Part shown: piece by piece, positions 27,575 through 41,989 of the stretch | Layout of the letters: the number at the start of each line of letters is the position of its first letter | Position numbering within the stretch: the stretch's first letter is position 1 | Assembly: GCA_030141605.1 (NCBI GenBank) | Contig: JAQGDQ010000651.1 | Coordinates: forward strand, 55,228-119,227 | From: Tubiluchus corallicola | Taxonomy: Eukaryota > Animalia > Priapulida | Length of the DNA: 64,000 nucleotides | Reading direction: 5' to 3' | Position numbers and translations under genes: made by a program | The notes under the pieces: generated by a model | What the model saw: only the letters and a program-made list of their open reading frames with translations | Databases searched by the model: none | What the model was told of the DNA's origin: nothing

Positions 27575-27807
27575 AAATTATTACATTACTATTACAACTC
27601 GTTTATTTAAAAAAAACCAGTAAGTACATAAGGCCCTCTGTATAAACTGCACGTACTGCTAATTTCAACACAATATAGTGTATAAGCGAAAACGGAAATG
27701 ATTTGTGTAAGAAATGTCTTAAATTAAAATAAAATTACCAATAAATTTCGTCTAAAAACCAAAACTGTTTAGTCAAAGCTATGATATAACAGGATATACT
27801 TTTTCAG

Positions 27808-27896
27808 GCATTCATTGTTCGCTACATTTGGTATTATCCTGGCATGTGGATACTGTAATATTCTTGCCCACTCTGTTTCTAAAAGGCAAACTTCAC
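27808..27896 (+). CDS. EGF-repeat precursor exon: signal peptide and propeptide
   Basis: TTTTCAG acceptor, GTAAGT donor. HSLFATFGIILACGYCNILAHSVSKRQTS; phase 1 end joins exon 31720 as R-N-P-C. Confidence 0.7.
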
Positions 27897-27999
27897 GTAA
27901 GTATCACCTTCAATACCAAATTCAAAGTAATATTTTATTTTCTTGCAAATCAGCTTAGTGAACGTTAAGCCCCTGTTACTTCAATCACTCCAGATACAT

Positions 28000-28860
28000 C
28001 AAGACTATCAAGAACTTATTGTAGTTATTTGACTTTAATTGGTCTGACAATGAATTCCACCTCAAAGGTCCTTGATGTTTTGAAGAATTCTGGCCTTTAG
28101 ATGAATTAAATCTTTCAATAAAATAAAGGTGGGTGGTAGCAAACCTAGTAGAATGGTGATGAGTGCGACATGCTAGAGTATAATAATTGCTGAAGAGATC
28201 CGGGAGTGAATTATTTTTTAATTTATATACGAACTTGACCAGTTCTTGTTTACATAGATCATATAAAATACATAGGTGTTACATGTTCTCTTTACTGGTA
28301 AATGTTAGGTTTGATCATTTTGTTGTGTATTGAACTCAATGATTTCAAGATCGATAATGAAACAGCACCCCAAGCAAGAATGCCATAACTCAAGTATGAC
28401 GTGACAAGAGCAGAATATAAGTACCACAATGCATCTACATTTATGTAGTGTCGTATTCTAGCTATTGGACCACTTATTTTGCTAACTTTGTTGACTATAT
28501 GCTGTACATGTGCTTTCCAAGAAATCCTACTATCTATAAATATACCGAGATATTTGATTTCTTGAGTAGATTCAATATTACAACCGCCCATATTTATGTT
28601 GACAATATCTTAAATGGGGCGTGTTTATTAAGAACATCTTCATGTATTTGGAAAGTAGTAGAGAAGGCAGTCAATATTAGTTGGCACCTCAGAAAAGTCA
28701 TCAGCAGCGGTTTTATTTTGCAGATCATCCGGAAATGAATTCAAGTTAAAATTCTGTTTATTCCTGATTTTAATTTTCTTTTTAACTATCAAGTTACCAA
28801 GATTATTAATAATAGCGAACACAGGTAGATGATCAACTACTATCCATTTATTCATTAAAG
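28000..28860 (-). mobile_element. CR1/L2-group LINE remnant
   Basis: DHLPVFAII; IKYLGIFIDSRISWKAHVQHIVNKVSKISG..LYSALV.SYLSYGILAWG. Confidence 0.85.
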
Positions 28861-28903
28861 AAACTATCTAACAACAATCAGACACTAAATTAAAAAGATA
28901 GAC

Positions 28904-29057
<154 letters not shown>

Positions 29058-29562
29058 ATATAGGAGCTTCTCAGTTTGGGACTCTGCCATTTTTTGCCGG
29101 CTGTTTTATCCTTTTTTTGTTAAATATTATGGACCGTGACACAGCAGTCTATTACATTGAACCAAGCACTCCAGGCCAGCTTATATCATGCTGACATGCG
29201 CTCTGTATCTGCTCATAATCAATATTCATTTACAAAACGTATTCTTTTTTATGCTAATTCTGGGGAAAAAATATAAGTAATACCAATTTATTTTACTTTC
29301 CTCTTCCTAATGGAAGCTTACATACTGAATGTTAATGTGTCGTTTACATTAACAATTTTGCATTGACGCCTAAGACCGTGCTACATTATTTAAATATATG
29401 CTAGCCTTCTTTTATAACATCCAATATACCAACCGATTTTACATTTAAATGACTAAGACACATTAATTGATACAAAGTGCACCAGTCATAACTATATTAT
29501 ACCAACGACCTCTGTAATTACAGGCATGTGATCACAGGGTAGTTAATAGTATAAGCAGCAGC

Positions 29563-30316
29563 CATGGGCGCCGCAAACAACCAGGGGGACTGGGGGAGCG
29601 CAGTAAATCCACCAACGCATTTTCCTGTACTTGAGGACATTTTGGAGGCCTCAAATGAGATCTAAATTCTGGTACATAGACTTCGTCAAACGTGAAAAAT
29701 TCTGCCGTCATAAATATATTTTACCTACATTTACCTAGGCAATATTCATTGTAGTAATTGTATATCTTTTTTGCAAGTTCGTAATACACTGCAATGCGGG
29801 TGACCCAATTTATTTAGTGTCAAAATTATCAATCCAGCAAAATTTGGATGGTCAAACATAAAACTGATTTGAGAGTGTTAAGTTTACAGCCCACCCACTG
29901 TTCATACAAAATTTAATATGTTTGCCTGCTTGCTAATTTTTCCCACTGGACATAGCTAAATGCAATTTCACTGCATTATAGACCATTTTGCGATTGCTAG
30001 AAGCTATTTCCTCAGACAAGTTTACCTCAAACTCGTGACTCATAATTTCACTACTACCGTGAAAAGGGGGAAGCAGGCCCCTTGGGCCTCCCTAAATGCA
30101 ATAGTGCAGTTACAGTTAATTAAAAACTGACTAGACAACGGAAATCGATAAGAGAATCGACACTATGTAAGTGATATACATAAACATAAGTTTACTATGC
30201 AAATCTGCTGACTGTTCGGTTATTGCGCAAACAAACAAGTGTTTCTTGTTTTACTTTTAAAAAACTTTATTTAGCGGACACACGTGCGTCAGGGCGTCCG
30301 CTTCCAGGCGCCCATG
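29563..30316. mobile_element. hAT-like MITE
   Basis: Perfect 10-bp TIR CATGGGCGCC / GGCGCCCATG. 8-bp TSD GCAGCAGC (29555-29562) / GTAGCAGC (30317-30324). Confidence 0.75.
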
Positions 30317-31719
30317 GTAGCAGCTGCATTCTACTATGACTACGATTTGCTACGCAAATCTACACCTTGCGTTAGCTCTCCAATTCAGCCTCTCAGCCTC
30401 AGCTCAGCGTCTTTTACATTATAACTATAGACATTTAACATGCAATTGACTGTTGACATAAAACTGACTCCTAACAGTTAGGCCGTGAGGTTTCCCCCGG
30501 TTAGCCTTGGTCTTGGAATGGAATGGTTATCTATAGCTAGCTTAGACATAAAGCATGAAGGCAACGTCCACAAGTCCAGAATGTCTACTATACTTAATTT
30601 TAATCTATGCATAGATTGTATAAATATTCCAAATAAACATGTTTCAAAATAAATCAGTTGGTGAAACCATTCCAAATATGTATATTTCAAAATACATATG
30701 CCAAAGCATATGGGTATTCTATCTAAATCAATATAGCGAGTACATTTAATTATGTAGTGAGAAAATTCGACAAGAAATGTACAAGGATAAAATATATGAG
30801 CGTCACACGCACTGCAATATACGATTAAATCACAAAAAAGTTATTCCAGTCACGGTAAACTCCACAGTTTATCTTCATTTATTGTATATGTTCGAAGCCA
30901 GCGGCCATGGTACATAATGACCTGGTGAGGTTTATGAAATGCTGTAGCAAAACAGTACGAGGTGTCACAAATGTTTGTGCCGTCTGTAACAGAATTCTGA
31001 ACCATTGTGACTGAATCATAGCAATTTTATTTGGTTCTTTCAGCCCTCTGCGGTCTGATACAAATAGAAACAACAATCTAATTACTGTAAGTTCTTGTTG
31101 AATCGCCATAAAAAACCTTAAATGTTGACTTCCGGACGTTTTTGCTGTGCAAAGTGTATAACATATACTTTTAACCGTTTATATGAATATTAAACCGTAC
31201 GTACGGTTTAAAATAAATTTTCAATACTTTATATAGGTTTTAAATATTAAGCAGTGCCTTTTAGTTCTGCTTTTACCTTTTTTCAATATTTGGTTATCTT
31301 TCTATTTCACTAATTTCAAATATAAAGCTCGTCAAAAGTTATTAATGATCTTGTGACGTCAGCAGTTATTAAAGCTGCATCACAGATGTGTTCAAAAGAC
31401 TTAAGTTAACATCAATATTTTTTAATCTTCATTTTAACTGGCGTTTAATTGATGTTTATGGCCTAAGAAAAACGTTGCTGATGCAAGTGGCAGCATAACC
31501 ACCTAAATTTTAAATTTCTTGTCAAGTTTGTCTGGGCAGTACAGCCTTAAATTGTGTATTGTTCTAATCATTCTAATCTATTGTATTGAAAATAATTTTG
31601 TAATCTTATGACTCAAAACATGCGAGTGCTCTCCTGAGATTTGCATTAGCCTTACAACTCAGCTAGACATTCAACTTTTATTCATGTTATTTTGTAATTT
31701 TATATTTGGTTATCTTTAG

Positions 31720-31885
31720 GTAACCCATGTTTAAGTCGACCATGCAGGCATGGTGCTTTATGTCATCCAGCTGGGGACGACCACTACACATGCACGTGTC
31801 CATACAGCTACCGAGGAAGAAACTGCGAAATAGCTTACCATCCTTGTAGACCAAATCCTTGTAATAATAGAGGCACTTGTAACAG
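31720..31885 (+). CDS. EGF-repeat precursor exon (EGF1, start of EGF2)
   Basis: AG/GT bounded. NPCLSRPCRHGALCHPAGDDHYTCTCPYSYRGRNCEIAYHPCRPNPCNNRGTCN. Confidence 0.9.
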
Positions 31886-32499
31886 GTACGTTACATTTAA
31901 TTCCTTCCATTCTTATCCACTTCCCTCATATTGTTGCTTTCCTTTCCCCTCCACTTCTTCCTCACGAGGCAATTTGCGGTTTGGTACAAATGGAGCATTT
32001 CCCATAATCTCTTAATAATCTCTTTATAATTAAATTACTATACGAATCTGTAAAAAGCTACCAAACATTTTTGACGTGGCAGCTAGCCTTTAAATTCCCC
32101 ATGCTTGATAATCGATGAATTGCATTTCGTTTCAAAGATATTGCATTTTTTCACCTGCGACCCATGGGCTAGAAATCCACCCATCATGGGTCAGCGTATG
32201 TCCATGAGCGTAAAAAGATAGCGCATATTGCAAAATAGTGCAATACAAAGACGGAACAATACCATATTTGAAGAGGAAGTAATGATTTGTGAAAAGATGT
32301 AACCACTTCGTAGCATGTTAGACAACGAAGCCAATATACAAAGAAGAAAAATTCTTGCATTGTCTCCTCTTTCAAATCTCACAACTGTCTCTTGAAATCA
32401 AAGTCCGGAACCTTTCAACTTTAATTTAATTTGTGTTTTTACGCAACGCTGAGCTATAGACAATAAAAGTTAAATGGCAGAAGGAAACTTACTTTTCAA

Positions 32500-34760
32500 A
32501 TGCAAAAAAAAATTTAGTTATTAAATGGCCTGACATTGATATTGAGACATTGACTTGTTACTGAGACATTGTCTGGGTGGGTGTTGCATGGTACAATAAG
32601 ATGCCAGTTATCACTCATGTCTTGCCTTGATTAGAGAGAGTGAGCTAAACTCAATTTCTGTGAGTTAGAAGCTTTAAGATTCACAGAATCTCAAAATGCT
32701 GACTTGAATGAGGCTGACGGAGAATTCATAAAAGAAGGAGTCCAATATGAGGCAAACCTGTGATGGCCGTGGAACAAAAATGCACCCCGTTTAGGATCTG
32801 GATACAATATGGCAAACAAACTACACACTCTAACAACACGGCGATTACAAAGAAACCCAGACCTTTTAAATTAATTTTATTCTGCATCAATGAATTAATA
32901 GAGAACGATTATGAAGAAAGGATGCACAAGTAAACAAACACTATTGAACATGAACCAGTTGCGGCAAATACACCAAGCCATTGTTTGCCACACCAGCAAG
33001 TGCACACTCTGGAACCTAAGTCATCTGTGGCAATTGTACCAGATCATCTTATGCCACGTCATCAACCAGAGAACACCGAGCTTGTGGCAAGTGTGCCAAT
33101 CATTCTTTGCCACACCGACCTGCCGTAAGTGATGACAAAGAAACCCCTTTGCAAAGTAGATTTTGATGCTTCATTTAGAGATGCCGAGTTTTGATTAAAC
33201 TAATGCTTAAAACTGGTCCAAATCTAAATCAAGATATAGTTAAGGTATTTCAAAATCTACTCTTGTACGGTTTTTTTCAGATAAGGAAAAAATCGTCCTA
33301 CAAATTGATTTAAATCCAAAATACAGAAATTCTGTCAGATTTTAGTGGGTTAGTTTACAGTTTTTATTGGGGGCAAAGCAGTGATATGAAAGTAAATTTA
33401 CATGTGATATACAAACAATTTTGTTCTTCAACGGATAGTAGACCAAGAAAAAGGTGGTTTTAACCAGATCAGCTAGCTGGGTATGTCACAGCAAATGAAA
33501 CGCAAATCAAAATACTTAGACTGGTGTGGTGTGCAAAAGCTCTGATATTATTCAGATTAATTTTCAGAACTGTTTAAGCAGCATTGCAGAATGAGTGACT
33601 ACTAAACGTGTGCTAATCAAGACTGCAGCCAGAGTCTATGACTTCTGAGATTCCTCAGCTCCGTGACTATCAGAATGAAGATTTAGTATCAACTTGGATT
33701 GACATACTATCAACTGATGTTACGAATTCCGTCAATATGTGGCTAGCAGAGATGCACAAGTTTCAATCCATATAAATGCCACTTAAAGTGAGATCATAAG
33801 CAACGAATGTTCTCTGTTGTGTCGCATATGGAGCTCTGTAGAGCATAAAGCTTGTGTGAGAACTTTGTCGCATTCGGGTAATCTCGTCTGTGCATATGTA
33901 ATTGCAAAACACTATCTTTCCACCATTGAAAAAGTTAACATTACAATGTTTAGAGGATTCAGTCAGTTCCTATGCAACAAAAATGTAACAATGTATTTCC
34001 ATTTACTGTAAATTCTATTACATTTTGGACTGACTCTATTGTAGACATACAATGGATAAAAGGGCAACTTTTATGGTGGAAACCCTTTGTAGCCATTTCA
34101 TGCCAAGACCGACCCTACTAGATGCTAGTAGATGCTAGTCTTCTAGATGCGGCCGGCTAGTTGCCGGAGAATGCAACATCAATGGTTTAGCGACCAGAGG
34201 TATTAGTGCTATGCATCTATTGCAAAGTGACATTGCAATGATGATATGGACCCATTTTGCTACGGCAAGGTCATGAAATCTGGCCTAATCCACCGACTTG
34301 TTTACAGACTTGTTAGTGCTGCACCATCATGAATTGTTCTTACATCAAGGTACCAGAGTGACACTGGCAAAAACTTGGGACAAATTTTATATTCGTCAAG
34401 AGTGTCAATGTGTAAAACATAATTTGAGGTACTGCGTATAATGCAAACGTTTCAATGCTGTTCCATACGTCATACAGGATTCAACAATCTCCAGCATTTC
34501 TGAAGTGGAGTGGATTTTGCCAGACCAATATATGCGTATGATGACAAAAACCAAATTAAATCATGTTTATGTCATTATGTTTGCCTATTGGCACGTGCGA
34601 GCACTCGTGTAGCTCATTTGGAACTTGTGATCTCTCTCAGAACTTCATACTTGCATTTCGTTATTTGCTCTCGTGCCAAAGTCACTGCAAGGTCATTTAC
34701 AGTGACAATCCCAGAAGCTTCCATGCAGCAGGCAACATAATGATGGTGTTTTAAAGATCC
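32500..34760 (+). mobile_element. Degenerate BEL/Pao LTR retrotransposon pol
   Basis: VDFDAS..LN*CLKTGPNL (about 33160-33230), FWTDS..QWIK (about 34025-34060), integrase GVDFARPIY..RVAHLELV..IYSDNPRSF (34505-34740). Confidence 0.8.
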
Positions 34761-35619
34761 TTAACCTCTTTTTTGTGCAAAATACGACTGATCACTGCAC
34801 ACAGAACATCCCGATTTTTTGCTAACTGATGTTCTACATGAATGAGCGAATAACTTGTATGATACTGGTTTATCGGCACTCGAGTTAATTTTCACCTTCT
34901 TTCAGTTGTTAGATCTCCCTGAACTGGTAATCGATAAATCGGTCTCATCATCTGACAACTCCAATAATGCTACTATTTAAGTCCGAAAACCCATCCTCAA
35001 GTTCGTCAGAATATTCTCCCCACTGCTACTATCCATTACTTCACTTTCCAAATGCAATTCACCCAGTTGCACCACATTATCAAACATTCGCAAGCAAGTT
35101 TTGACATTCTTTATCCGAACAGATCTCTCCTAATCGCGTCCTTTTTCTGTCATTACTCTTGGATGTGCTCCAACTTGTACTTTCAAATTTATTTCGATGG
35201 GGGCGCTGGCCACCTACAGCGCCCATGTTCTCTTAAACAACATCACTAGTCAGGCGGTTCTCGTCGTAGGTAGAACTAATTTCATTTCTGGAGTCACACA
35301 TCATCTGAGATAACGCTTGCAATCATTTTAGACCATGCTGCCCTGTCACCCGCATATATGTATATTAATGGATCATGACCCAGTATGTCGTCCTAACAAA
35401 ATAAATTTATTTTCTGCTTTGCTTTGGACCCTGATAATGGCCACAGTTCATTAGTAACTTATCTAGTGATTAATTAGGAAATTAGTGTAACAACAGCAAA
35501 TAAGGTATATATATGAGTCTAAACCCTTGTGCAAACTATGTCAATTGCAAAGGAATGCTACTTTTTTCAGATACATGCTGCCCTGTTACTCTGGTGTCAT
35601 TCTTTATTTTTAATATCTA

Positions 35620-35990
35620 ATGGTGAGTGGATAAGATCTTTTTGAATGAAATTAAAGTAAGTCAGCTGTTCTCCTTGCAGTTTTTTTTCTTTCTTTGGTG
35701 CTTATTTGAAAGCTAACTTTAGGGGCTGTCATCTGGTAATCGCATTGCACGACATACCCCTCTTAATTTTCTCCTTTTGATTTGAACTGTCCACTTCTCT
35801 ACCTCGGACAGGGCAGGTTTGTTATACAGATCTTGGTTTGATATTTTATTTGGGCATTTTATTCCATGAATGTTCCTGGATTTTCTTCTTTGAAATGCAT
35901 CTACTTTTGTTTTGTGATATGCTTTGATTGCCCACAATTCTGAGTTGCAAAGAAACACAGTTACCACAGGTGCATCAAAGATTCTTCATT
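35620..35990 (-). mobile_element. RTE-like LINE 3' fragment
   Basis: VFLCNSELW..KVDAFQRR..NIHGIK.PNKISNQDLY..IKRRKLR..MRLPDDSP. Confidence 0.75.
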
Positions 35991-36291
35991 TTTTTCTAGA
36001 CTGATCTGCTAGTGCTTTTACCATTCAACGGAGGCCTTTCCTTTGATGTGCTAAAGGCCATTATTATTCGACACTGGAAGCCTTGGTATCCCCGACCCTC
36101 ATGGGTCGTGTAAGGAAAGAAAATGTCATAAGAATAAAGATAAAAATAAAAATAAACAAAAAATTTAAAACCCGAGGTAAATCAAAAAGTTTCTAATAAA
36201 TAAAAGTGCGGGTAAATCAAGGGGACTCGGCTGTGAAGCAGAACCTTACTAGAACTAATAAGCTCTACTTACAGTCTAAATTTTATTCTAG

Positions 36292-36411
36292 AGATTCTAC
36301 AGAAACAACATTTGTCTGTACGTGCATCCTTGGCTGGAGAGGACGAACATGTGAAATCAAAGACGATCCTTGCTCAAGCCAACCTTGCCAACATGGTGCA
36401 ACATGTAACAG
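36292..36411 (+). CDS. EGF-repeat precursor exon (end of EGF2, start of EGF3)
   Basis: Phase 2-2, AG/GT. DSTETTFVCTCILGWRGRTCEIKDDPCSSQPCQHGATCN. Confidence 0.9.
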
Positions 36412-36484
36412 GTATGACAGAAATTCTTGTCAACAGACTGCTACATGTAATATGTAAACAGGTTTTCGGTGGTACAGAATATCA

Positions 36485-36668
36485 ATAATGCTTCAAATAA
36501 TACAAAGACCATGATGGTAAAGTTTCAGCATTTATTGGCGAGTCCACAGCTATATGTAGTCATACAGTATCTAAGTTAAAAAGCACAAGATTTTTCAGCA
36601 GAGCACTTGTATCTACTTTTTAAGCTGAAACTTTGCCGTCATGGTCTTGGTATTATTTAAGGCATTAT
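36485..36668. repeat. Foldback/MITE-like inverted repeat with 45-bp arms
   Basis: 36485-36529 vs reverse complement of 36624-36668: 40/45 identical. Confidence 0.8.
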
Positions 36669-37921
36669 GTAATATGTACAGCCACAATATGCCTTGATGC
36701 CCACTATCTATCACTGAGCAGGTTAAGTGTTAACGTGTGGACAGGCTGAAGAAAAATGTTGTTCAATAAAAATTTGATTTTTGGTTTGTTTACTGGGGGA
36801 GCAAGCATTAGGTGACAAACAATGCCTGCCCACATAGTAAATTACTTTGGCTGTAAAATGTAATTATATTACTACCATAGGCACTCCGTGTCATTTGAGT
36901 ATGAAATTTCAAATTGTTATTCCATGAAGTGTACAACGAATAAAAAGAAATCGTCAAACAAAAACTACAACAGTAAAATAACTTGGCCATAAATTTATAA
37001 TAAAGTATCACATTCAAACATAACAATTGTAAATATAAATCTACAACATAAAAATAAATAAATATAACGTTAGGATAGTTTCATGTAGACCAGCATAATC
37101 ACGTATACATTATCACAGATCAAAATGATTTAAGAATATCACACAGCAGAGCTCATTTCAATAAATAGTTAACACCAATCATATATTTCCGACCTTTGCA
37201 ATCAGCAGCTAAGAATTAAAATTACTCTATAAAGAAAAATCATTATTATTGCTATAAGGGAATAAATATTATTAGTTTAAGTTCATACAACTTTTAGGAC
37301 AACAAATAGCCAAGGTGGACACGTCTCTATAGACTGTCAATGAGAAATAGGATTACCAGGCATAGATACGAGAATACTGTAGAAAATGAATCAGTTATAG
37401 TAACTTAAGCAGAATAAACAAGCCTAAGTGATCCTACAGGGCCGTTCCTACTACAGTATAAAGCGAGCGACGTGATATGAAATGAAAGTTAAGTATATGG
37501 AAAGTTAACTACTACGGTAACTGAAGGAGAGTGTCAGCTGATTCCTAGCACGCCACAAGACTAAGTGGGTAAGGTAAATTTATTAACTTAAACTTAGGAA
37601 ATCGCGAACCAGATTCGCGACGTAAGGTAGTACGCTTTTCCATATGCTTTTATGGCTTCAAAGACATCAGACAGGAATCTTGCTAGCGGAAAAAGAGTTT
37701 TCCAAATCAGTATTGCATATCAATAATTGCATTGCTTAATATCTTGTTGGAATAAATTAACTACTCATCTTATAGTATGCATGTACACGTAGCATTACAG
37801 GTAGTCAATATAATACAACACAGTTACACAGCGGATAAACAATTTTTGAACTCTGTTTTATAAATAAACATTAATAAAATTTACAACAATATTAATTATT
37901 TATCTTTGTTATGAATTACAG

Positions 37922-38063
37922 GGGCGGTATACCACCGAATCCAACATACACTTGTACTTGTCCATATGGTTTTAAAGGAATAAACTGTGAATATCCCAAC
38001 ATAGCTTGTGTTCCTCAACCATGCAAAAACGGTGGTTCGTGTTATAATATTGCAATTTTTGGG
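37922..38063 (+). CDS. EGF-repeat precursor exon (end of EGF3, start of EGF4)
   Basis: Phase 2-0. GGIPPNPTYTCTCPYGFKGINCEYPNIACVPQPCKNGGSCYNIAIFG, then GTATGT donor. Confidence 0.9.
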
Positions 38064-38154
38064 GTATGTATAAGAAGGTATTTACAACGTTACGCATAAT
38101 GCTTCTCGTGGGTAAACTATAGTTAAACTAGTTCCCTCTTCTGATCTTGACCTA

Positions 38155-38168
38155 CACACGCACGCACG

Positions 38169-38219
<51 letters not shown>

Positions 38220-38221
38220 AC
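38155..38221 (+). repeat. (CACG)n/(CA)n microsatellite
   Basis: Directly visible. Confidence 0.95.
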
Positions 38222-38605
38222 TGTTTGTTTGATGCACTAGATATTTCTGAAATAAAATGTTATAGCAACAAAATGCTAATGTAAACTTGCGGTGTCTACT
38301 TCTGCTTCTTTCATTTTAAAAGCTACACACAAAACACTGAATTAAAGTGAAAGTCAATTGGTTTTAATTGCAATACCATATACTACTGCATAATTACGTT
38401 TAATTATTGAAGCGATGATTCTTAAAAATACTGTAAGAGTTAGAAATTATAATGGGTCATTAAAGCTTTAATAAAAAATAATTAATTACAGCTACTTGAT
38501 CTGGATAGGTATCGTGTAGACAGGCCAGTAGGCTGTATTATTGGAATTGAATGAGGAAAATCGTTTATTTGAGACATTTGACAACTTTTCATTACTTTAC
38601 AACAG

Positions 38606-38720
38606 AATCCAACTTATCTATGCCGTTGCCCAACTGGCTTCACTGGAGAAACTTGCGAAAGGAAGAATGGTGGTTTACGTAAGAAACTGCTATCAAAAAC
38701 GAAAAAACGACTTCAAGAAG
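38606..38720 (+). CDS. EGF-repeat precursor exon (end of EGF4 + basic tail)
   Basis: Phase 0 start. NPTYLCRCPTGFTGETCERKNGGLRKKLLSKTKKRLQE, then AAG|GTAAGA donor (read-through would stop at 38731). Confidence 0.8.
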
Positions 38721-39229
38721 GTAAGAACTAAATCGTGAACAAAGCGAAAACACTGGCACAGTACCAACTGTGTTGGACCAGTTTAAATAGAATAAATTAT
38801 GTGCGCATCATAATCATTTAACTTGACTCGCCGACTGGAGTTAGCTAACGAACTTATCCAAATTCCATGGAGCGTTCAGTGAAAATCGGTATTGTTTTAC
38901 ATGTGCCTGGTCATTTTTATTACAATCGAACATTTAGCATATCCTCTGATAAAGTCTCACTAAAAACGTTGAAATTTTGCTGAACGATCTCTTTGAATTC
39001 CTGTTTCAATTAAGTGTGTGTCACTGCTGAAATAGTGCGTTGTATGCACGCATAGGACGCCTCTTAATTATGCATGCACCATATAGTCTTGTGCTCAGCT
39101 GAATCTTGGGCGCTATTCTCCTTTAACAAACGAAAAATCATAATAACAATACGGTATGTATCGAAAATGTATATGACGACTTACTCGCCGAAGTAATAAA
39201 TATTGAGTTATGCAAATTCGTTCTCGGTA

Positions 39230-39670
39230 TTGGGGAATACTCTGTTCTTCTCAAGTTACGAACTTATTTCAAGTTTAAAAACGAGTTCGTGGAAGAAAAA
39301 TATTTGTTGCTAATAAGAAATCCCATTAAAAGAGCAAACTTTACAAAGTTGCGTATTAGCTCACACAACCTCCTTATTGAAAAAGGCCGACACACAAAAT
39401 TTAAAATCCCATTTAACAACAGACTATGCCATTGTCGAAAGATCAAAAAATTCATGACGAAAAGCATTTAGTTCTTGAATTAACTATTATAATGATTTAA
39501 GACAAAGCCTGTTTTCGCAAACTTTATTAATCTTACCGTACAGGAAAAATCTGTATTTCTGATGAACTAATGATTGTACCCAAGTGTTGGGATGCTTTGT
39601 GTGATTCTTTATGTACATTATCTTGTATATTGTATTGTGTTGTTCGTCAGTAAACTAAACTATAATTACA
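39230..39670 (+). mobile_element. Non-LTR retrotransposon 3' end fragment
   Basis: LRTYFKFK..EKYL..KLRISSHNLLIEKGRH..RLCHC; short repeat tail TAAACTAAACT. Confidence 0.7.
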
Positions 39671-41371
39671 GTTTCAAAAAAAATATATATGCTAGATCTC
39701 CTTGTTTTTACTTACGTCTGTCTTTTACTTAAATTCTGAAGCACATTTTCCTGTTTACTTTCCTGTCTACTTTTTCCGGTCCAGCAAGTCCTCAGCATCT
39801 AACATTAACGCTGAAATAGATTTTGATACTGGATGACTTGATATCCATTTTTCTGTAGAACATTAAACAGAGATAAATCGTCAATGGATGATTTGTTGAT
39901 TAAAATACAAATATTTCGGCACTCATTACGGATGCCCTTATCACAGTGTCAGTGTAAGTGGGTGTACACGAGAGACACGGACAGATATTAATGTTTGCAG
40001 TTAAAAAGAAGTCTAATAATGAATAAAAAGTCCATCGATAACGTCTTTAGAACATATTTAAATTACAATGTATATTTACGGCAAATTAGTCATGCAAACA
40101 TCTCATCTGATGATGTCGTCATTGAAATGCCTTACATGCTGAGAAATTATGTAGCAAGGTTACAATTATTAGACCTAGCTAGATACCATTGAATACAGAA
40201 GGCTAATAATTGATTTACAGTATATAAAGTATGCATTTGCATGTATATTGTTGCGGAGGCGGCCAACAGGTCCAGGGTCCAAATCTGGATCAGCCAAACC
40301 ATGTTGTTGACAAATGTTGTAGATGTGTAAATAGAAAAAAAAATAAAAAAAGAAAATTAAGATGAAAACTAGCCAGAATCATTTCCTGCATTCCTCATGC
40401 TGATCATGACTACGGAACAGGTGCTTAAGTGGTAAGCGCACCAGTTCGTCTGCTGACTGAACCTACGAGGCCATTTCATACCAGCTACTTATGGCCGCTG
40501 TGCAATGCTGATGTGCAATGGCTTCGTAATGGATCGAACCCTTTCAATGTAGAAAGGGGGGGGTCGAAAATGAAAGGCTTTCCCCCGTAACAATATAAAA
40601 TTATGTATTCCCTCGGGGATATAGATTTCGAAGATCTTTTCCAACTTTAAAATGCTGCACGCACTCGCGTTGATGAACAAAAATTGTTTTTGTCTTCTAT
40701 AAAGAGAATTTTAAATCGAGAAAATATTTCTTTTACCGAGGCATCAGCAAATGAAACTGTAAATACAAAATCAATGAAAAGCTCCACTGAAAAATTACAC
40801 CAAATTACACAATCCTTTGGGACAATTTATGTGTCCTTATTAAACTTTAGGGGGAAATAACGTTATATGTACTACGTGAATTTTCTGTATTTTTACAGGG
40901 AAAATTAATTTTTATCTTTCAATCTTTAACTTTAAAACTTAAGCTATTAATATTTAAGCCAAAAGCATGCTAACTCTAGATATTGAAAGTTAACAAGAAA
41001 TAACAATTAACACTAGAACTGTTTGTTTACTTAAAATAAGTTCTGTAAAACAAAAATAGCAATGCAATAGTAAAGTTCAAGAATAGAAACAACAACAACA
41101 ACAATTTGCTGGTGTGCATTATATTTTCCAAAATACGTGTGAAGAAGCAATGAGTGTGGTTCTCCCATCTTCAATTGTATAGTAAAACTTTATATCACAG
41201 TTAACTCGTATGAGCATCTTTTAATTTTAAATCATTTTTGCGATTTTGATCTTCAATTTTCTCAGCTAAGCAATTGCTCTGATTTCAAGTTAGTTCAAGT
41301 ACAGCATTGCAATAGCCGATCGCTATTCCCAGAAGTTAGTATGTAATCGTGTTTATTATGAAACTTTTCAG

Positions 41372-41478
41372 ATTTCGATCCATACAATCCGGCAGGAGAG
41401 AACAGTGCGTATATTAAACGACAAGATCCGATGAACTTGCTTCGTGGTTATAATCCCAATCCGCTTATCACATTTTAA
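41372..41478 (+). CDS. Candidate terminal exon of the EGF-repeat precursor
   Basis: CTTTTCAG acceptor, phase-1 compatible. (D)FDPYNPAGENSAYIKRQDPMNLLRGYNPNPLITF*; AATAAA at about 41782. Confidence 0.4.
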
Positions 41479-41989
41479 TGTTCATATACACGGCTCCTGT
41501 GACTAGAAGTGGAAACAACCTGATGTGGAAATAACATTGCCAGACCATAGTTATCTTAGCGGACAAAACAGCCTAGGATTGGCAAAGTTTTTAAAGGAGA
41601 TTAGCTAGTTTTCTATTTTCATGTTGTTGTACTTTTAGCTCTTTTTGAATGTAATGTTATATGATAATGTATTTTATCATACACTTTAGAAAAACCAGTA
41701 TAAAGACTTATTTTGAACACATTTCCTGTTTTGCTGTTGCTCTCCAAAACGAACCTACCAGTTTTACATTAATCGTATCGTAATAAATAACCTTAAATGT
41801 TTTCTTGTGTGTGAGGCATCTATAACCTCATTACAAAATTATACTCAACTCACTTATTTTCACACAAAGGTTGCATGTTATTGTGAAGATGGCTCCTCAA
41901 TGGCTTGCTGAAATTTCGTAAATGTCAATTATTTTGTGATACTTACTGAAAGTGAGTAAATACAGTAAATACTGAAGAGCACAAACTTC

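Noticed and set aside
39995-40192. Alternative last exon of the EGF gene
   Set aside because: Its long frame is phase 0, incompatible with the phase-1 donor at 38720, and no motif is recognisable.
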